In this document: in pieces, positions 1 to 9,690 of the stretch
Position numbering within the stretch: the first letter of the stretch is position 1
Layout: each line of letters opens with the position of its first letter
DNA from: an uncultured candidatus Porisulfidus sp.
GTDB lineage: Bacteria > Pseudomonadota > Gammaproteobacteria > Poriferisulfidales > Poriferisulfidaceae
Reading direction: 5' to 3'
Assembly: GCA_965116025.1 (NCBI GenBank)
Contig: OZ220480.1
Coordinates: forward strand, 1,600,001 to 1,664,000
Length of the DNA: 64,000 bases
Notes under the pieces: generated by a model
The model's database searches: none
What the model was told of the DNA's origin: nothing
The model's input: the letters and a program-made list of their open reading frames with translations, nothing else
Position numbers and translations under genes: made by a program

Positions 1-44
1 GGGCCGTCGTCGGGTTCCAGGATCAGGGCGTCGGGACTGCTCAT
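1..44 (-). CDS. 5' end of a CDS running off the window, possibly an alpha/beta-hydrolase (carboxylesterase)
   Basis: ATG at 44 on the minus strand reads MSSPDALILEPDDG and is divergent from lptM-lysA. It loosely resembles carboxylesterase N-termini; only 14 codons are visible. Confidence 0.25.
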   Translation of the reverse strand, partial: MSSPDALILEPDDG

Positions 45-126
45 GGGGTGGAGCGGGCACCATTGCGGCGGGGTCTGGAGGAAGCCCTCATAGTATAGTA
101 AGCGCCACGCCGACAGGAGAGGTCGC

Positions 127-237
127 ATGAGCGTTTTTCGATGGTTTTTTCTGGGCCTCGCGCTGGGCGGGGCGCTGGCCGGTTGCGGACAGATGGGGCC
201 GCTTGATCCCCCGCCAGGCGTCGCGACCAGCTCTTGA
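127..237 (+). CDS. lptM: Small outer-membrane lipoprotein of the LptM/YifL/LppL family (36 aa)
   Basis: Not in the ORF track. Manual translation is MSVFRWFFLGLALGGALAGCGQMGPLDPPPGVATSS, with lipobox LAGC followed by GQxGPL. RBS AGGAGA upstream, TGATG overlap with lysA, and the typical position upstream of lysA. Confidence 0.85.
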   Translation: MSVFRWFFLGLALGGALAGCGQMGPLDPPPGVATSS

Positions 238-1493
238 TGCGAGACTTTCTTTATCGGGACGGAAGATTGCATGCCGAATCCGTTCCCTTGGAACGGATCG
301 CGGAGGAATACGGCACGCCATGTTTCGTGTATTCCGCCGCCGCGATGACGCGCCAAGTGGTGGAGTTGCGAACGGCGTTCTCCGATCTGTCCTGCCGCAT
401 CTGCTATGCGGTCAAGGCCAACGGAAACCTCGCCGTGCTGCAACGCCTGGCGGAACTGGGTTGCGCCTTCGATCTCGTTTCTGGAGGCGAGCTAGCGCGC
501 GCGCGCGCGGCGGGCGGCGATTTGTCGAAGTCGGTCTTCTCGGGCGTTGGCAAGACTTCGGAGGAGATCCGGTGGGCCTTGGATGCTGGCATCGGGGCTT
601 TTCACGTGGAGTCGACGAGCGAGCTGGAGCGGATCTCTCGCATCGCGCGCGAGGAGGGGAAGACGGCCCCGGTCTCCCTGCGCGTGAATCCCGCCATCGA
701 CGTGGACACGCATCCGCACATCGCCACGGGGTTTCGTGGCAGCAAGTTCGGCATTCCCTGGGACCAGGCGCTGGAGACCTACCGTCTCGCGAATCGTCTG
801 GATGGGCTGGAAATTCGCGGAGTGGCCTGTCACGTCGGTTCCCAGCTGGTCGACGTGGAGCCGATCCTCGCGGCCGCGCGACAACTGGCGGGGCTGGCGG
901 ACCGGTTGCGCGACGAGGGGATCGCGCTCGAATATTTGGATGTCGGCGGCGGTCTCGGGATTCGCTATCGCGACGAGAAGCCCCCGTCGGTCGATGCCTA
1001 CGCGGCGGGTTTGCGCGAAGCGATAGGGGAGCGACCCCTGTCCTTGATCATCGAGCCGGGACGGTACGTCATGGGCGGCGCGGGCGTGCTGCTGACCCGG
1101 GTGGAATACGTTAAGCCCGCGACGGACGGGCGCTTCGTGGTGGTGGACGCGGCCATGACCGAGCTGATGCGCCCGGCCCTGTACGGGGCTTGGCACGAGA
1201 TCGTGCCGGTCATTCGGGAGGAGGGGCGGGAGCGCGTGAACTGCGACGTCGTGGGCCCGGTGTGTGAGACGGCCGATTTTCTTGGTCGATCCAGGCGCCT
1301 CTCGGTGGAGGAGGGAGAATTGCTGGCGGCGCTCTCCTGCGGGGCCTACGCGGCCTCCATGGGCAGCTTCTACAATTCCCGGCCGCTGGCCGCTGAGGTG
1401 ATGGTCGATGGCGACCGCCACGATCTGGTTCGGAGCCGAGGAGAGGTGGAATGGCTGTACGCCGGGGAGCGGCCTCGAAATGGAAAAATATGA
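237..1493 (+). CDS. lysA: Diaminopimelate decarboxylase
   Basis: YAVKAN PLP-lysine motif, HVGSQ, DVGGG, EPGR, GPVCET, GAY..SM.S.YNSRP. Confidence 0.97.
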   Translation: MRDFLYRDGRLHAESVPLERIAEEYGTPCFVYSAAAMTRQVVELRTAFSDLSCRICYAVKANGNLAVLQRLAELGCAFDLVSGGELARARAAGGDLSKSVFSGVGKTSEEIRWALDAGIGAFHVESTSELERISRIAREEGKTAPVSLRVNPAIDVDTHPHIATGFRGSKFGIPWDQALETYRLANRLDGLEIRGVACHVGSQLVDVEPILAAARQLAGLADRLRDEGIALEYLDVGGGLGIRYRDEKPPSVDAYAAGLREAIGERPLSLIIEPGRYVMGGAGVLLTRVEYVKPATDGRFVVVDAAMTELMRPALYGAWHEIVPVIREEGRERVNCDVVGPVCETADFLGRSRRLSVEEGELLAALSCGAYAASMGSFYNSRPLAAEVMVDGDRHDLVRSRGEVEWLYAGERPRNGKI

Positions 1494-1735
1494 TCGGGAG
1501 CGATTCGCGCGCGGGGCCAACCGTGCTATCAAGGCGCTGATTCGCCAGTAGATCGATCCTCGGACACGTGGCGCGCAGGCGCGCGCTATGGCTTGACGGA
1601 CGCGCTCTCGATGTCGTTCGAGGCGAGGTGTCGGGAGACGGACGAGAGCGCCATGGCGTTGGAGGCGGAATTCCGCTGGTGAGGATGGCGGATGGTCTTC
1701 AAGGCCGATTCTCCGTCCATGCTGTCACGTCTTCG

Positions 1736-1762
1736 GTTCAGGCCGCGTTTCGCGGCCTGAAC
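1736..1762. repeat. Perfect 12-bp inverted repeat (hairpin) in the lysA-RTX intergenic region
   Basis: GTTCAGGCCGCG-TTT-CGCGGCCTGAAC; no U-tract follows. Confidence 0.6.
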
Positions 1763-1984
1763 GCGCCGGTGGCGAGCGTCGCCGGTCGAGGCGTTAACAC
1801 ACTTTCACTATCGCGTCTGGAGTCTGGCGGACCCCCCGTTCGGAGGGCTTTCGCGACATCGGATCATTAATGATGTCCTGGGTGCTGCCCTTTCGAATTC
1901 CAGTTTGCAAGATTTGGCGCGAAAATGAGCGAGGGTGATACAATTCCCGTCGCGAAATGATTCTAAATTGAGAGGGAGCAAACC

Positions 1985-2674
1985 ATGAGCAGCTGGAAAA
2001 CAGGACACCCGATCCTTACGGACGATTCTTTCCTTAAATGGTGGCAGGATTACAACGCGGACTACGATTACGTTGGTACCGCAGGCAATGACTTTGTCGG
2101 CCGCGGCGATGGCGACGACAAGATGTTCGGCGGTGACGGCGACGACCGGCTAGGGGGGCGCGGGGGCGATGACGTTCTGAAAGGCGGTAAGGGTGACGAC
2201 ATGTTGCACGGCGGCGCCGGCGACGACAAGATGAAAGGCGGCCGGGGCGATGACTTTCTGTTCGGCAATGATGGCGACGATTGGATGAAAGGCGGCCGGG
2301 GCGATGACATGATGGAAGGCCACGACGGCGATGACACGTTGCTCGGTGGCCAGGGCGATGATCGGTTGGGCGGCGGCAAGGGCGATGACGTTCTGCACGG
2401 CGGCCAGGGCGATGATCGGATGTCCGGCGACGAGGGCGCTGATAGCTTCACTTTCGCAGGCCATAAAGGTGACGACATAATCAAGGACTTCCAAGACGGC
2501 GAGGACATGATCGTGTTCGCGGAAGAAATGGGCTTGACGTTCGAGGACTTGACCATCGAGCAGAGCAGAACAGGCGGCGCGATAATCACCGGGCCCGACG
2601 GTGACTGGAGCATCGAGCTCTGGATAGTAGATGTTTCGGACTTGACCGATTCCGATTTCGACTTCATGGGGTGA
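1985..2674 (+). CDS. RTX (hemolysin-type Ca2+-binding nonapeptide repeat) protein 1
   Basis: Tandem GGxGDDxLx repeats; C-terminal D.F.F....G.D.I.DF..GED.I region typical of type I secretion substrates; RBS GAGGGAG. Confidence 0.92.
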   Translation: MSSWKTGHPILTDDSFLKWWQDYNADYDYVGTAGNDFVGRGDGDDKMFGGDGDDRLGGRGGDDVLKGGKGDDMLHGGAGDDKMKGGRGDDFLFGNDGDDWMKGGRGDDMMEGHDGDDTLLGGQGDDRLGGGKGDDVLHGGQGDDRMSGDEGADSFTFAGHKGDDIIKDFQDGEDMIVFAEEMGLTFEDLTIEQSRTGGAIITGPDGDWSIELWIVDVSDLTDSDFDFMG

Positions 2675-2723
2675 GGCGCTGACTTCGCCCTGTCTGATAA
2701 CAACAACGCTACTGAAGAACAAA

Positions 2724-4106
2724 ATGGCTAGAGAAAAAACTGAAGGTACCCCCGAGTCCGATTTTGAAGACTATTACGGTCCAGGTGACCCCGATAACTA
2801 TCGTTCTGGTGCTGGGAATCTGAAGGGGAAAGACGATCAAAACGACTGGATATACGGGTTCTTGGGCAATGACTCGCTATATGGGGAAGGGGGCAACGAT
2901 CGTCTGTTCGGCGGCCCGGGTGACGACGACCTATTCGGCGGCGAGGGCAACGACACGTTGCGCGGCGGCGATGGCGACGACTATATGGAAGGCGGAGCGG
3001 GCAAGGACACGATGACCGGGGGCGATGGCGATGATGAGATGGATGGCGGCGCGGGCAACGACACTATGAAAGGCGGTGCTGGCGCTGACACGATGCGCGG
3101 CGGCGCGGGCAACGACACGATGACCGGGGGCGATGGTCATAACACGATGTCCGGCGGCGAGGGGAACGACGTTATGACCGGTGGCAATGACCGGAACACG
3201 ATGAGCGGCGATGAAGGAAATGACGAGATCACCGGCGGCGCGCTCAAGGACACAATACGCGGAGGGTCGGGCAACGACATGATCGAGGGAGGCGATGGCG
3301 ACGACGTTCTGTTCGGCGACATGCTCGCGGACGGCTCCAACCCGAAACTGACTCCCGAAGGCGAAAGCCAAAATGGCGCCGAAGGAAACGATACTATCGA
3401 AGGCGGCAAGGGCGATGATGAGATATATGGCGGGGGCGGCAACGATACGCTGAAGGGAGGCGAGGGCGACGACAAGATGTTCGGCGGCAAGGGTGATGAC
3501 GTTATCGAAGGCGGCGCGGGAATCAACCTATTGAAAGGCGATGATGGCGACGACACGCTGAAGGGCGGGGATGAACGTGACGAGATACATGGCGGCGCGG
3601 GAAACGACAAGATTTTCGGCGGCGGGGGCAATGATGAGATATACGGGATCGCTGGCAAGAACACGATAGACGGCGGCGCGGGCAACGACATAATTAACGG
3701 CAGCGATGATGACGACAAGATAGACGGCGGGTCGGGCGTTGACACGATCCGAGGGTGGGGAGGCGATGACCAGATAGACGGCGGCGCCGGTGATGACACG
3801 ATGAACGGCGGCAAGGGCGATGATACTTTTAAGTTTTCCGGCCTGCTCGGACACGATACTATCCTCGAATTTAAGAAGTTCGGCAGTGACATACTTAAAA
3901 TCGTGAAGGATGGGATCACCTCGATCCGTAATTTGGATATCTTCCAAGATGGCAAGCACACGAAAATCCAAGAGTTCTACAAGCCGAAGCCGGGCGAGAC
4001 GACGTCGGGTCCGAATCAGAGAGACACTGATCCTGACTGGACGATCACGCTTGAGAATTTCACCGCTTCAGACCTGACGGATTCTGACTTCGACTTCATG
4101 GGCTGA
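2724..4106 (+). CDS. RTX (hemolysin-type Ca2+-binding repeat) protein 2
   Basis: Long array of GGxGND/GGxGDD repeats; ends [11 protein letters not shown] like the upstream paralogue. Confidence 0.92.
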   Translation: MAREKTEGTPESDFEDYYGPGDPDNYRSGAGNLKGKDDQNDWIYGFLGNDSLYGEGGNDRLFGGPGDDDLFGGEGNDTLRGGDGDDYMEGGAGKDTMTGGDGDDEMDGGAGNDTMKGGAGADTMRGGAGNDTMTGGDGHNTMSGGEGNDVMTGGNDRNTMSGDEGNDEITGGALKDTIRGGSGNDMIEGGDGDDVLFGDMLADGSNPKLTPEGESQNGAEGNDTIEGGKGDDEIYGGGGNDTLKGGEGDDKMFGGKGDDVIEGGAGINLLKGDDGDDTLKGGDERDEIHGGAGNDKIFGGGGNDEIYGIAGKNTIDGGAGNDIINGSDDDDKIDGGSGVDTIRGWGGDDQIDGGAGDDTMNGGKGDDTFKFSGLLGHDTILEFKKFGSDILKIVKDGITSIRNLDIFQDGKHTKIQEFYKPKPGETTSGPNQRDTDPDWTITLENFTASDLTDSDFDFMG

Positions 4107-4150
4107 TAGGCGAAAGGCCGGGCGCGTGATCCGCGAGTGAGCGAGCAGTC

Positions 4151-4273
4151 ATGTATGTTCTGCTCATCCTGACATTCTGTATTAGCTTTCTAGCCATCGT
4201 TCTTTTTCAGCGCGCGGCCTATTTCGATCCGATTGAGGATGCGCGTTTAGAGAAATGGTCGCTATTGAAATGA
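4151..4273 (+). CDS. Possible small single-pass membrane protein (40 aa)
   Basis: MYVLLILTFCISFLAIVLFQRAAYFDPIEDARLEKWSLLK has an uninterrupted hydrophobic N-terminus of about 19 residues; the RBS is weak. Confidence 0.3.
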   Translation: MYVLLILTFCISFLAIVLFQRAAYFDPIEDARLEKWSLLK

Positions 4274-4473
4274 GATATTTTTTCACCGAGTACCGTGCGG
4301 AAGTTTTGACTGGCTCCGCTGGATGGACCTGCCGTCGCGAGTCATGGTCATCAGCGACTCTGGCGGCCTCGCGCGGGCAGCGTTCTCAAGGCTTGGAAAG
4401 AGTACCGCCGCTGGGAGGTCGAGCATCCTCGGGCGACAGAAAGACAGAAAAGCCTCTCCATGCTGAAATCTTC

Positions 4474-5271
4474 ATGAACGTTCGCGCGACGGCTTCGTTG
4501 CTTCTGTTTTTCGCTCCCTTCGCGTGGGCGGAATGCTCCCGCGACGATATCCAATTTTATCTGGACAGGGGGTTCACGACCGAGCAGATCACGTCGCTGT
4601 GCTCGGAGCCGGTCGGTGAGGAGAAGGAGCGATACCGCGCGTATACCGAAGAATACGTCGACCGGAAGGACCGGGAATATCAGATGCGGATGCGGCTGGA
4701 GCGCGAGGCCGCTTTGCGCAGCGCGATTGAGGGCACGGATATCCGGCTTGAGAGAGGCTACTTGTCCTACGTTCGTCCGCAGTGCGTCAGCGAGGGAGTC
4801 GAGAAGGATCGCGCGTTCGGGCTGAAGTCTTGCCCGAATATCCGTTATAGGATCAAGCTGGCGGGGCTGGAAGTTGACGAGAACGCGTACAAGAAAAGGT
4901 TTCTGTTCGGGCAGAAGATGGTTCGAGTGGTCGGAGAGATCAGGCGGCAGGAAATGCCGGGCGCTTTCGCCGACATCCCAGACGAGTATTGGCGGAACGT
5001 TCTCCGCAAGAAACTGGAGACAGGAGATTCGACCAAGATCCCGTTGCGGGAGGGCGTGGACTTTCACTTCGCGCGCGGCGCGCTGAAGGATATGGTCGAT
5101 TTCGAGACGGAACGCGTTCGGCGATTGGCGAAGGGCCAGAGCGCGGAGGAAGGCGGCCTTGATGATCTGGGAAAGACGCTCGACAGCGAATCCGGGAATG
5201 GTTCCGCCGGGCGGTCGGACGAAGACGAGAAGAAGAGCCTGTTTGACGAATTGGCCGAAATCTTCGATTGA
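4474..5271 (+). CDS. Exported hypothetical protein
   Basis: Signal-peptide-like MNVRATASLLLFFAPFAWA; mature part begins ECSRDDIQFYLDRGF..EQI..LC; acidic tail. Confidence 0.75.
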   Translation: MNVRATASLLLFFAPFAWAECSRDDIQFYLDRGFTTEQITSLCSEPVGEEKERYRAYTEEYVDRKDREYQMRMRLEREAALRSAIEGTDIRLERGYLSYVRPQCVSEGVEKDRAFGLKSCPNIRYRIKLAGLEVDENAYKKRFLFGQKMVRVVGEIRRQEMPGAFADIPDEYWRNVLRKKLETGDSTKIPLREGVDFHFARGALKDMVDFETERVRRLAKGQSAEEGGLDDLGKTLDSESGNGSAGRSDEDEKKSLFDELAEIFD

Positions 5272-5306
5272 CTGGAGAAAAGCCTGATCGAGCGATAATT
5301 CTTGCC

Positions 5307-5621
5307 ATGGACATGCGACGGAACATCATCGACAAACTGCGAGCGCAGCTGACTCCGGTTTATTTGGACGTGGAGGATGAGAGCCACATGCACAACGTTC
5401 CATCTGGAGCGCAATCGCATTTCAAGGTGACGGTGGTCGCGGAGGAATTCGCCGGGCGGTCGTTGCTGGGGCGGCACCGACGGATCAACCGGATCTTGGC
5501 CGAGGAGTTGGCTGGCCAGGTGCATGCGCTGGCTTTGCATACCCTGAGCGAGGAGGAATGGCGGGCCGATCCGAACGTGCCGGACAGTCCGCCGTGTCGG
5601 GGTGGCGGCTCGAAAGATTAG
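5307..5621 (+). CDS. bolA: BolA family protein
   Basis: DESHMHNVP.G.QSHFKV.VV...F.G.....RHR.I...L..EL...VHALALHT. Confidence 0.95.
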   Translation: MDMRRNIIDKLRAQLTPVYLDVEDESHMHNVPSGAQSHFKVTVVAEEFAGRSLLGRHRRINRILAEELAGQVHALALHTLSEEEWRADPNVPDSPPCRGGGSKD

Positions 5622-5896
5622 CTCAAGCCGCCAGCCTGACGAAATCCGCTGACTGGTTCCAGCACCTCAATCTCGCAGACCGCGCCCGGTTCCAAGGCGA
5701 ACCAGTCGCCGCCATGCAGGTTGATCGGCGTTTGGCCAGCCGCGTGAATCCGCAAGCGACCGTCGAGAAGAACATACTCCTCGCGCGCGGTCGCCTCGCG
5801 AACGGTCCGGCCTTTCGGGGCCTCCCACTCCGGCCAGTCCTCCACGCCCCAGACCTCGAGTTTCGCGGGCGAGACGCGTCGCTCGTGCTGGATCAT
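5618..5896 (-). CDS. Cupin domain protein (DUF861/cupin_3-like)
   Basis: SPAKLEVWGVEDWPEW...EEYVLLDG.......GD....PG..C. Confidence 0.7.
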   Translation of the reverse strand: MIQHERRVSPAKLEVWGVEDWPEWEAPKGRTVREATAREEYVLLDGRLRIHAAGQTPINLHGGDWFALEPGAVCEIEVLEPVSGFRQAGGLS

Positions 5897-6678
5897 GGCT
5901 GTCCGAGTCGAGCAGGGTATCGCGTCGCCCTCGGTGGGTTCGCCTTGAGTTCGCCCAGCAGGGCGGTCGCCAGCTCGTGGATGATTCGGGCGTAGGCATC
6001 CTTGGGCGGTATTTCGATCGCGCGAGCGAGCAGTTCGCTTGCCCGATCATAATTCGAGCGCCGGTCCAGCAGCAGAATTCCATACGCGTACAGGTACAGC
6101 GTGGGCTTGTCGTTCGGCATCAGATCGAGGGCGCGTTGGAAGTGATCCAGCGCGTCCTTTTCGCTGGCACCGTAGAGGATACCGGCCATGACGCCGCCCG
6201 CGTGCCGGGCTTCCGCATGCCAGGAGCCTAAGCTGAAGTGAGCGGCCGCCATGTCTGGATTCAGTCGGAGAGCCTCTTCAAGCGCTTCGCGCGCTTTTTC
6301 CGGGTAGTTTCGTCTGAAGGCTTCTGTCAACCCGACCGTTTGCGTGTATCTCCCGAGGGCGTGAGCTAACTGGAGATGGGCGTTCGGGTTTTCCGGGTCC
6401 AGCCGAACCGCCTCCTTAGCCAGTTTCGTCGCGCGCTCGAGCGGAGCCTTTTTCCGGTCGCCTTTGGCGATGTGGTAGCCGTGGATCGCCAGAGATTCGG
6501 CCGCGAAGGCGTAGCCCTCGGAAGTATTGAGCGCCGCCGAGAGTTCGGACGCCTTGGTGAACTGGCCTTCGGCGAAAGCGGCGCGCGCTGCCTCCATGGA
6601 TGGAGTTCCCGCCGGGCTGATTGGCGGAATCGAGCACGCGATGGCGAGACAAGCTAGGGAAACGGAGTTTCTTCTCAT
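5893..6678 (-). CDS. Exported TPR-repeat protein
   Basis: N-terminal signal peptide; TPR-like helices (AVRLDPENPNAHLQLAHAL, ALRLNPDMAAAHFSLG). Confidence 0.8.
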   Translation of the reverse strand: MRRNSVSLACLAIACSIPPISPAGTPSMEAARAAFAEGQFTKASELSAALNTSEGYAFAAESLAIHGYHIAKGDRKKAPLERATKLAKEAVRLDPENPNAHLQLAHALGRYTQTVGLTEAFRRNYPEKAREALEEALRLNPDMAAAHFSLGSWHAEARHAGGVMAGILYGASEKDALDHFQRALDLMPNDKPTLYLYAYGILLLDRRSNYDRASELLARAIEIPPKDAYARIIHELATALLGELKANPPRATRYPARLGQP

Positions 6679-6717
6679 CAGGATCTTCGCTTCGCGCGAA
6701 AATGGAGAGAAAAAATT

Positions 6718-7155
6718 CTAGCCGGACTCGTTTGGCGAGCCGAGGTCGCGGACCTTGATCTTCGCCCTATGGACGGGGGGTTCAGATAAAGAGTTCAGGG
6801 CCTGCCTCATTCGGGTTTCGGTAACGGGCAACTCCAGAGCGGCGCGGAAATCGTAGCGTTCCTGGATCCGCTTGAACTGCGCTTGACGTTCTGGCTCCAT
6901 GATCGCCAGAGTCTGAATTTCGGGGCGTCTCTGGACTAGCGCGATCATGGATTCCAAGTTGCTGGCACGGTCGCGAAAGTCGGACTGAAAATTGAATTCG
7001 CAGACGATGACGTCGGGAGGCCGCCGCTTGATGCTGGCCAGCGCCTCGCGCATGGAGGCGCGGACCTCGACTGAGAATCCCAGTCGTCGATACAAAGGAG
7101 TGAAATCCGGATAGCCGCCCAGTTCGATAATGGCGAGCAGGCGCCGCGCGCTCAC
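6718..7155 (-). CDS. Stand-alone CheY-like (pseudo)receiver domain protein
   Basis: Receiver-like pattern EALASIKRRPPDVIVCEF, with Glu at the phosphoacceptor position. Confidence 0.6.
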   Translation of the reverse strand: MSARRLLAIIELGGYPDFTPLYRRLGFSVEVRASMREALASIKRRPPDVIVCEFNFQSDFRDRASNLESMIALVQRRPEIQTLAIMEPERQAQFKRIQERYDFRAALELPVTETRMRQALNSLSEPPVHRAKIKVRDLGSPNESG

Positions 7156-7733
7156 GCGCTGCTCTCGGCTTGCGCTCCGGCGCCCGGATGGGGCGCGATG
7201 GTTCCGGTGTGCACTCTGCTACCGTTACCGGGCCCATGTTCGAGGTAGAGCTCGAGATTCGCCCGGATGACGTCGAAAGCGATGACGTCCCAAGGAATAT
7301 CGTCCGGGGCGACGAGCTCGGTGCGGGAAGATTCCGGTCCGGGCACGGATTTTCCGTCGACCAGCGTTCCGCTGTATATCGCGTAGATTTGCGAGATATG
7401 CGGAAGGCTATGCAAGGAGAATAACTGAATGCCCGCGATTTCCGCGGTCGCTTCCTCCATGCATTCGCGGCGAGCGCATTCCTCCACGGTCTCATGCTTT
7501 TCCATGAAGCCAGCGGGCAGCGTCCACAGTCCGAGCTTTGGCTTGATGGCGCGCTTGCAAAGCAATATCTTGCCTTCCCACTCCAAAATGGCGCCCGCGA
7601 CCATCAGAGGATTCTGGTAAATGATGTAGCCGCAACGTCCGCAAATGTTGCGCCTTTTGGTGTCGCCGGGTGGGATTCGGTATTCTAGGCTGCCCGCGCC
7701 GCACTGGGGACAGTAGAGGGGTTTGGCGTACAT
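7152..7733 (-). CDS. NUDIX hydrolase with N-terminal zinc ribbon
   Basis: CPQCG...CGRCG..YQNP; Nudix box PAGFME..ETVEECARRECMEE. Confidence 0.93.
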   Translation of the reverse strand: MYAKPLYCPQCGAGSLEYRIPPGDTKRRNICGRCGYIIYQNPLMVAGAILEWEGKILLCKRAIKPKLGLWTLPAGFMEKHETVEECARRECMEEATAEIAGIQLFSLHSLPHISQIYAIYSGTLVDGKSVPGPESSRTELVAPDDIPWDVIAFDVIRANLELYLEHGPGNGSRVHTGTIAPHPGAGAQAESSA

Positions 7734-7755
7734 ATGTGGGCCTCTCGTATCGCTG

Positions 7756-8601
7756 TCAAGCGTCGCCCGTGGCGACGGGCCGCTCGGGATCCTGGATCCA
7801 TTCGCTCCATGAGCCGACGTATAATCGTCCCGGTTTCAGTCCCGCGTGCGCCATGGCCAAGAGATTATGGCAAGCGGTCACGCCAGAGCCGCAGGAGTGG
7901 CAAACGGGTCGCTCGTCTTTGGCGAGCGCCTCGAATCGTTGCCGTAGGGCCGCGGGAGATTTGAAGCGCCCGTCCTCGCCAAGATTCTCCTGGAAAGGCA
8001 TGTTCCGGGACCCGGGAATGTGTCCGCCCACGCGATCAAGCGGCTCTTGCTGTCCAGAAAAGCGCACGGGAGCGCGCGCGTCGATGAGCTGGACCCGATT
8101 TTCGCCCAAGGCGTCGACGACCGCCTCGGTGGTCATCCACGTGTCTTTCCGCGCTGAGACGGGATAGCGCGCTTTCTCTCTGAGCGGCGGCGTCTCGTCC
8201 GATACCGGGCGGTTTTCTCGGATCCATTGGAGCCAGCCGCCATTGAGAAGCGCGGTAGCTGGATGTCCCGCCCATCGCGTCAGCCACCACATCCGACCGG
8301 CGATCGCGCCGCCCATGTCGTCGTAGACCACGACTTGCGAATCCGTTCGAATGCCGAGGGATCCAAGCAGGGTAGCGAAGGCGTCTAGAGAAGGGAGCGG
8401 ATGTCGCCCGCTACTCGCGCTTGCGGGAGAGGCCATGTCTTCGTCCAAATGAACGTAGCGCGCTCCGGGAATGTGGCTTTCCCGCCATGCCTCTCGCCCG
8501 GCTTCCGGTCGTTTTAGGTCGAAGCGGCAGTCCAGCACGACAAGCCCGGGTTTCCCAAGCGAATCCTCCAATCGCGCCGTCTCGATCAAGGTATCGTGCA
8601 T
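7756..8601 (-). CDS. sseA: Rhodanese-type sulfurtransferase (SseA/3-mercaptopyruvate sulfurtransferase family)
   Basis: HIPGA, GRHPLP, active site CGSGVTAC, LYVGSWSEW. Confidence 0.92.
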   Translation of the reverse strand: MHDTLIETARLEDSLGKPGLVVLDCRFDLKRPEAGREAWRESHIPGARYVHLDEDMASPASASSGRHPLPSLDAFATLLGSLGIRTDSQVVVYDDMGGAIAGRMWWLTRWAGHPATALLNGGWLQWIRENRPVSDETPPLREKARYPVSARKDTWMTTEAVVDALGENRVQLIDARAPVRFSGQQEPLDRVGGHIPGSRNMPFQENLGEDGRFKSPAALRQRFEALAKDERPVCHSCGSGVTACHNLLAMAHAGLKPGRLYVGSWSEWIQDPERPVATGDA

Positions 8602-8679
8602 GGTATCGTTCGCGAAGGGTCGGAGAGTTGGTGGCGGGGGAAACGGGCGGTCGCTTTAGGAAGGAATTATAGCGATTGT

Positions 8680-9690
8680 TCACCGCGATGCCGCGGTCGC
8701 GACGAAAATCGCCCGCACCGGAGCCGGGTGTCCCTCGACCGTTCTCGTTTGGTCCGATGGATCTAGAGCCTCCCGCAGAGAATGGAATCGCATCCAGTTG
8801 GTCGCTCGTTGCTCATCCGGCGTGGTGATCGCGCGATTCACTTGACGTGGTGACCGAAAGCCAGCTTCGTTCAGCGAGCGGAGGACGCGTTCAGGATTCC
8901 ACAGCGCTCGGACGTTGCGCATTCGGGCGTAGCGGCCGTCGATGAGCGACTCGCCGGACGGCGGCACGTCTTCGCGAATCAAGGTCTCGAGCAGAAGCTC
9001 GCCGCCTGGACGAAGATGCTGGCGCAGTCGCCGGATGTGCTCGTCCGGGTCTCGCCGGTGGTGCAGCACGCCCATTGAGAAAACGCTGTCGAATTTTCCT
9101 TCGGGTGAATCCTCAAGCCGCCCCGGAATCATTCCGGCTGGAAATTCGGGTGGCAGAAAGCGCGTCAACGCGGAAAACTGCCAGTTAGCGAGCCAGTTCG
9201 GCTCCACGCCCAAGGCGAGACGGGCACCCAGCCCGGCCATGCGCAGCAGATAGTAGCCATTGCTGCTCCCAACGTCCAGGACTCGGCGTCCCCGCAGGTC
9301 GGAGAGATGCGGGAGCAAGCGATTCCACTTCATAAAACTCCTCCATTCGGCATCGATGGAGATGCCGAACATCGAGAAAGGTCCTTTGCGCCAAGGAGAA
9401 AGGGCTCGAAGTCCAGAGTTGAGGCGTTCGCGTCGCGTCGCGTCGAGCTCCTCCGCCGCGCCGATTTCCGGTTGATCCGAGTTCAGCTCGATATGCAGAG
9501 CCTGTTGCCGGGGCAGGGCGCGAACGATTCCCCGCCAGCGTGGATAATCCCCGTGCTCCGGGCGCTCCCATCGCCGCGCGGCGGCTTCCCGCCATGCCTC
9601 CAGGCCGCACGAGCGCAGAAGCTCGGTCAGCTTGGCTTCGCGTTCCGGCGAATGGCCAGCATGGATAGGAAGTGAAGGCATTGGAACCAT
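8680..9690 (-). CDS. cmoB: tRNA U34 carboxymethyltransferase (start uncertain)
   Basis: PWRKGPF...IDAEWRS.MKW.R, VLDVG..NGY, FSMGVLHHRRDP, RYARMRNV, TVEGHPAP.RA. Confidence 0.93.
   Translation of the reverse strand: MVPMPSLPIHAGHSPEREAKLTELLRSCGLEAWREAAARRWERPEHGDYPRWRGIVRALPRQQALHIELNSDQPEIGAAEELDATRRERLNSGLRALSPWRKGPFSMFGISIDAEWRSFMKWNRLLPHLSDLRGRRVLDVGSSNGYYLLRMAGLGARLALGVEPNWLANWQFSALTRFLPPEFPAGMIPGRLEDSPEGKFDSVFSMGVLHHRRDPDEHIRRLRQHLRPGGELLLETLIREDVPPSGESLIDGRYARMRNVRALWNPERVLRSLNEAGFRSPRQVNRAITTPDEQRATNWMRFHSLREALDPSDQTRTVEGHPAPVRAIFVATAASR

Noticed and set aside
1494-1984. Riboswitch or ncRNA in the lysA-RTX intergenic region
   Set aside because: It contains hairpins (1736-1762; ATCATTAATGAT near 1863-1874) but no recognisable Rfam-type motif by eye; an Infernal/Rfam scan would be needed.
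2090-3830. 27-bp periodic repeats as a possible CRISPR array or VNTR
   Set aside because: They are in-frame degenerate codon repeats for RTX nonapeptides, with no identical repeats or unique spacers. No CRISPR array or cas gene was seen in the window.
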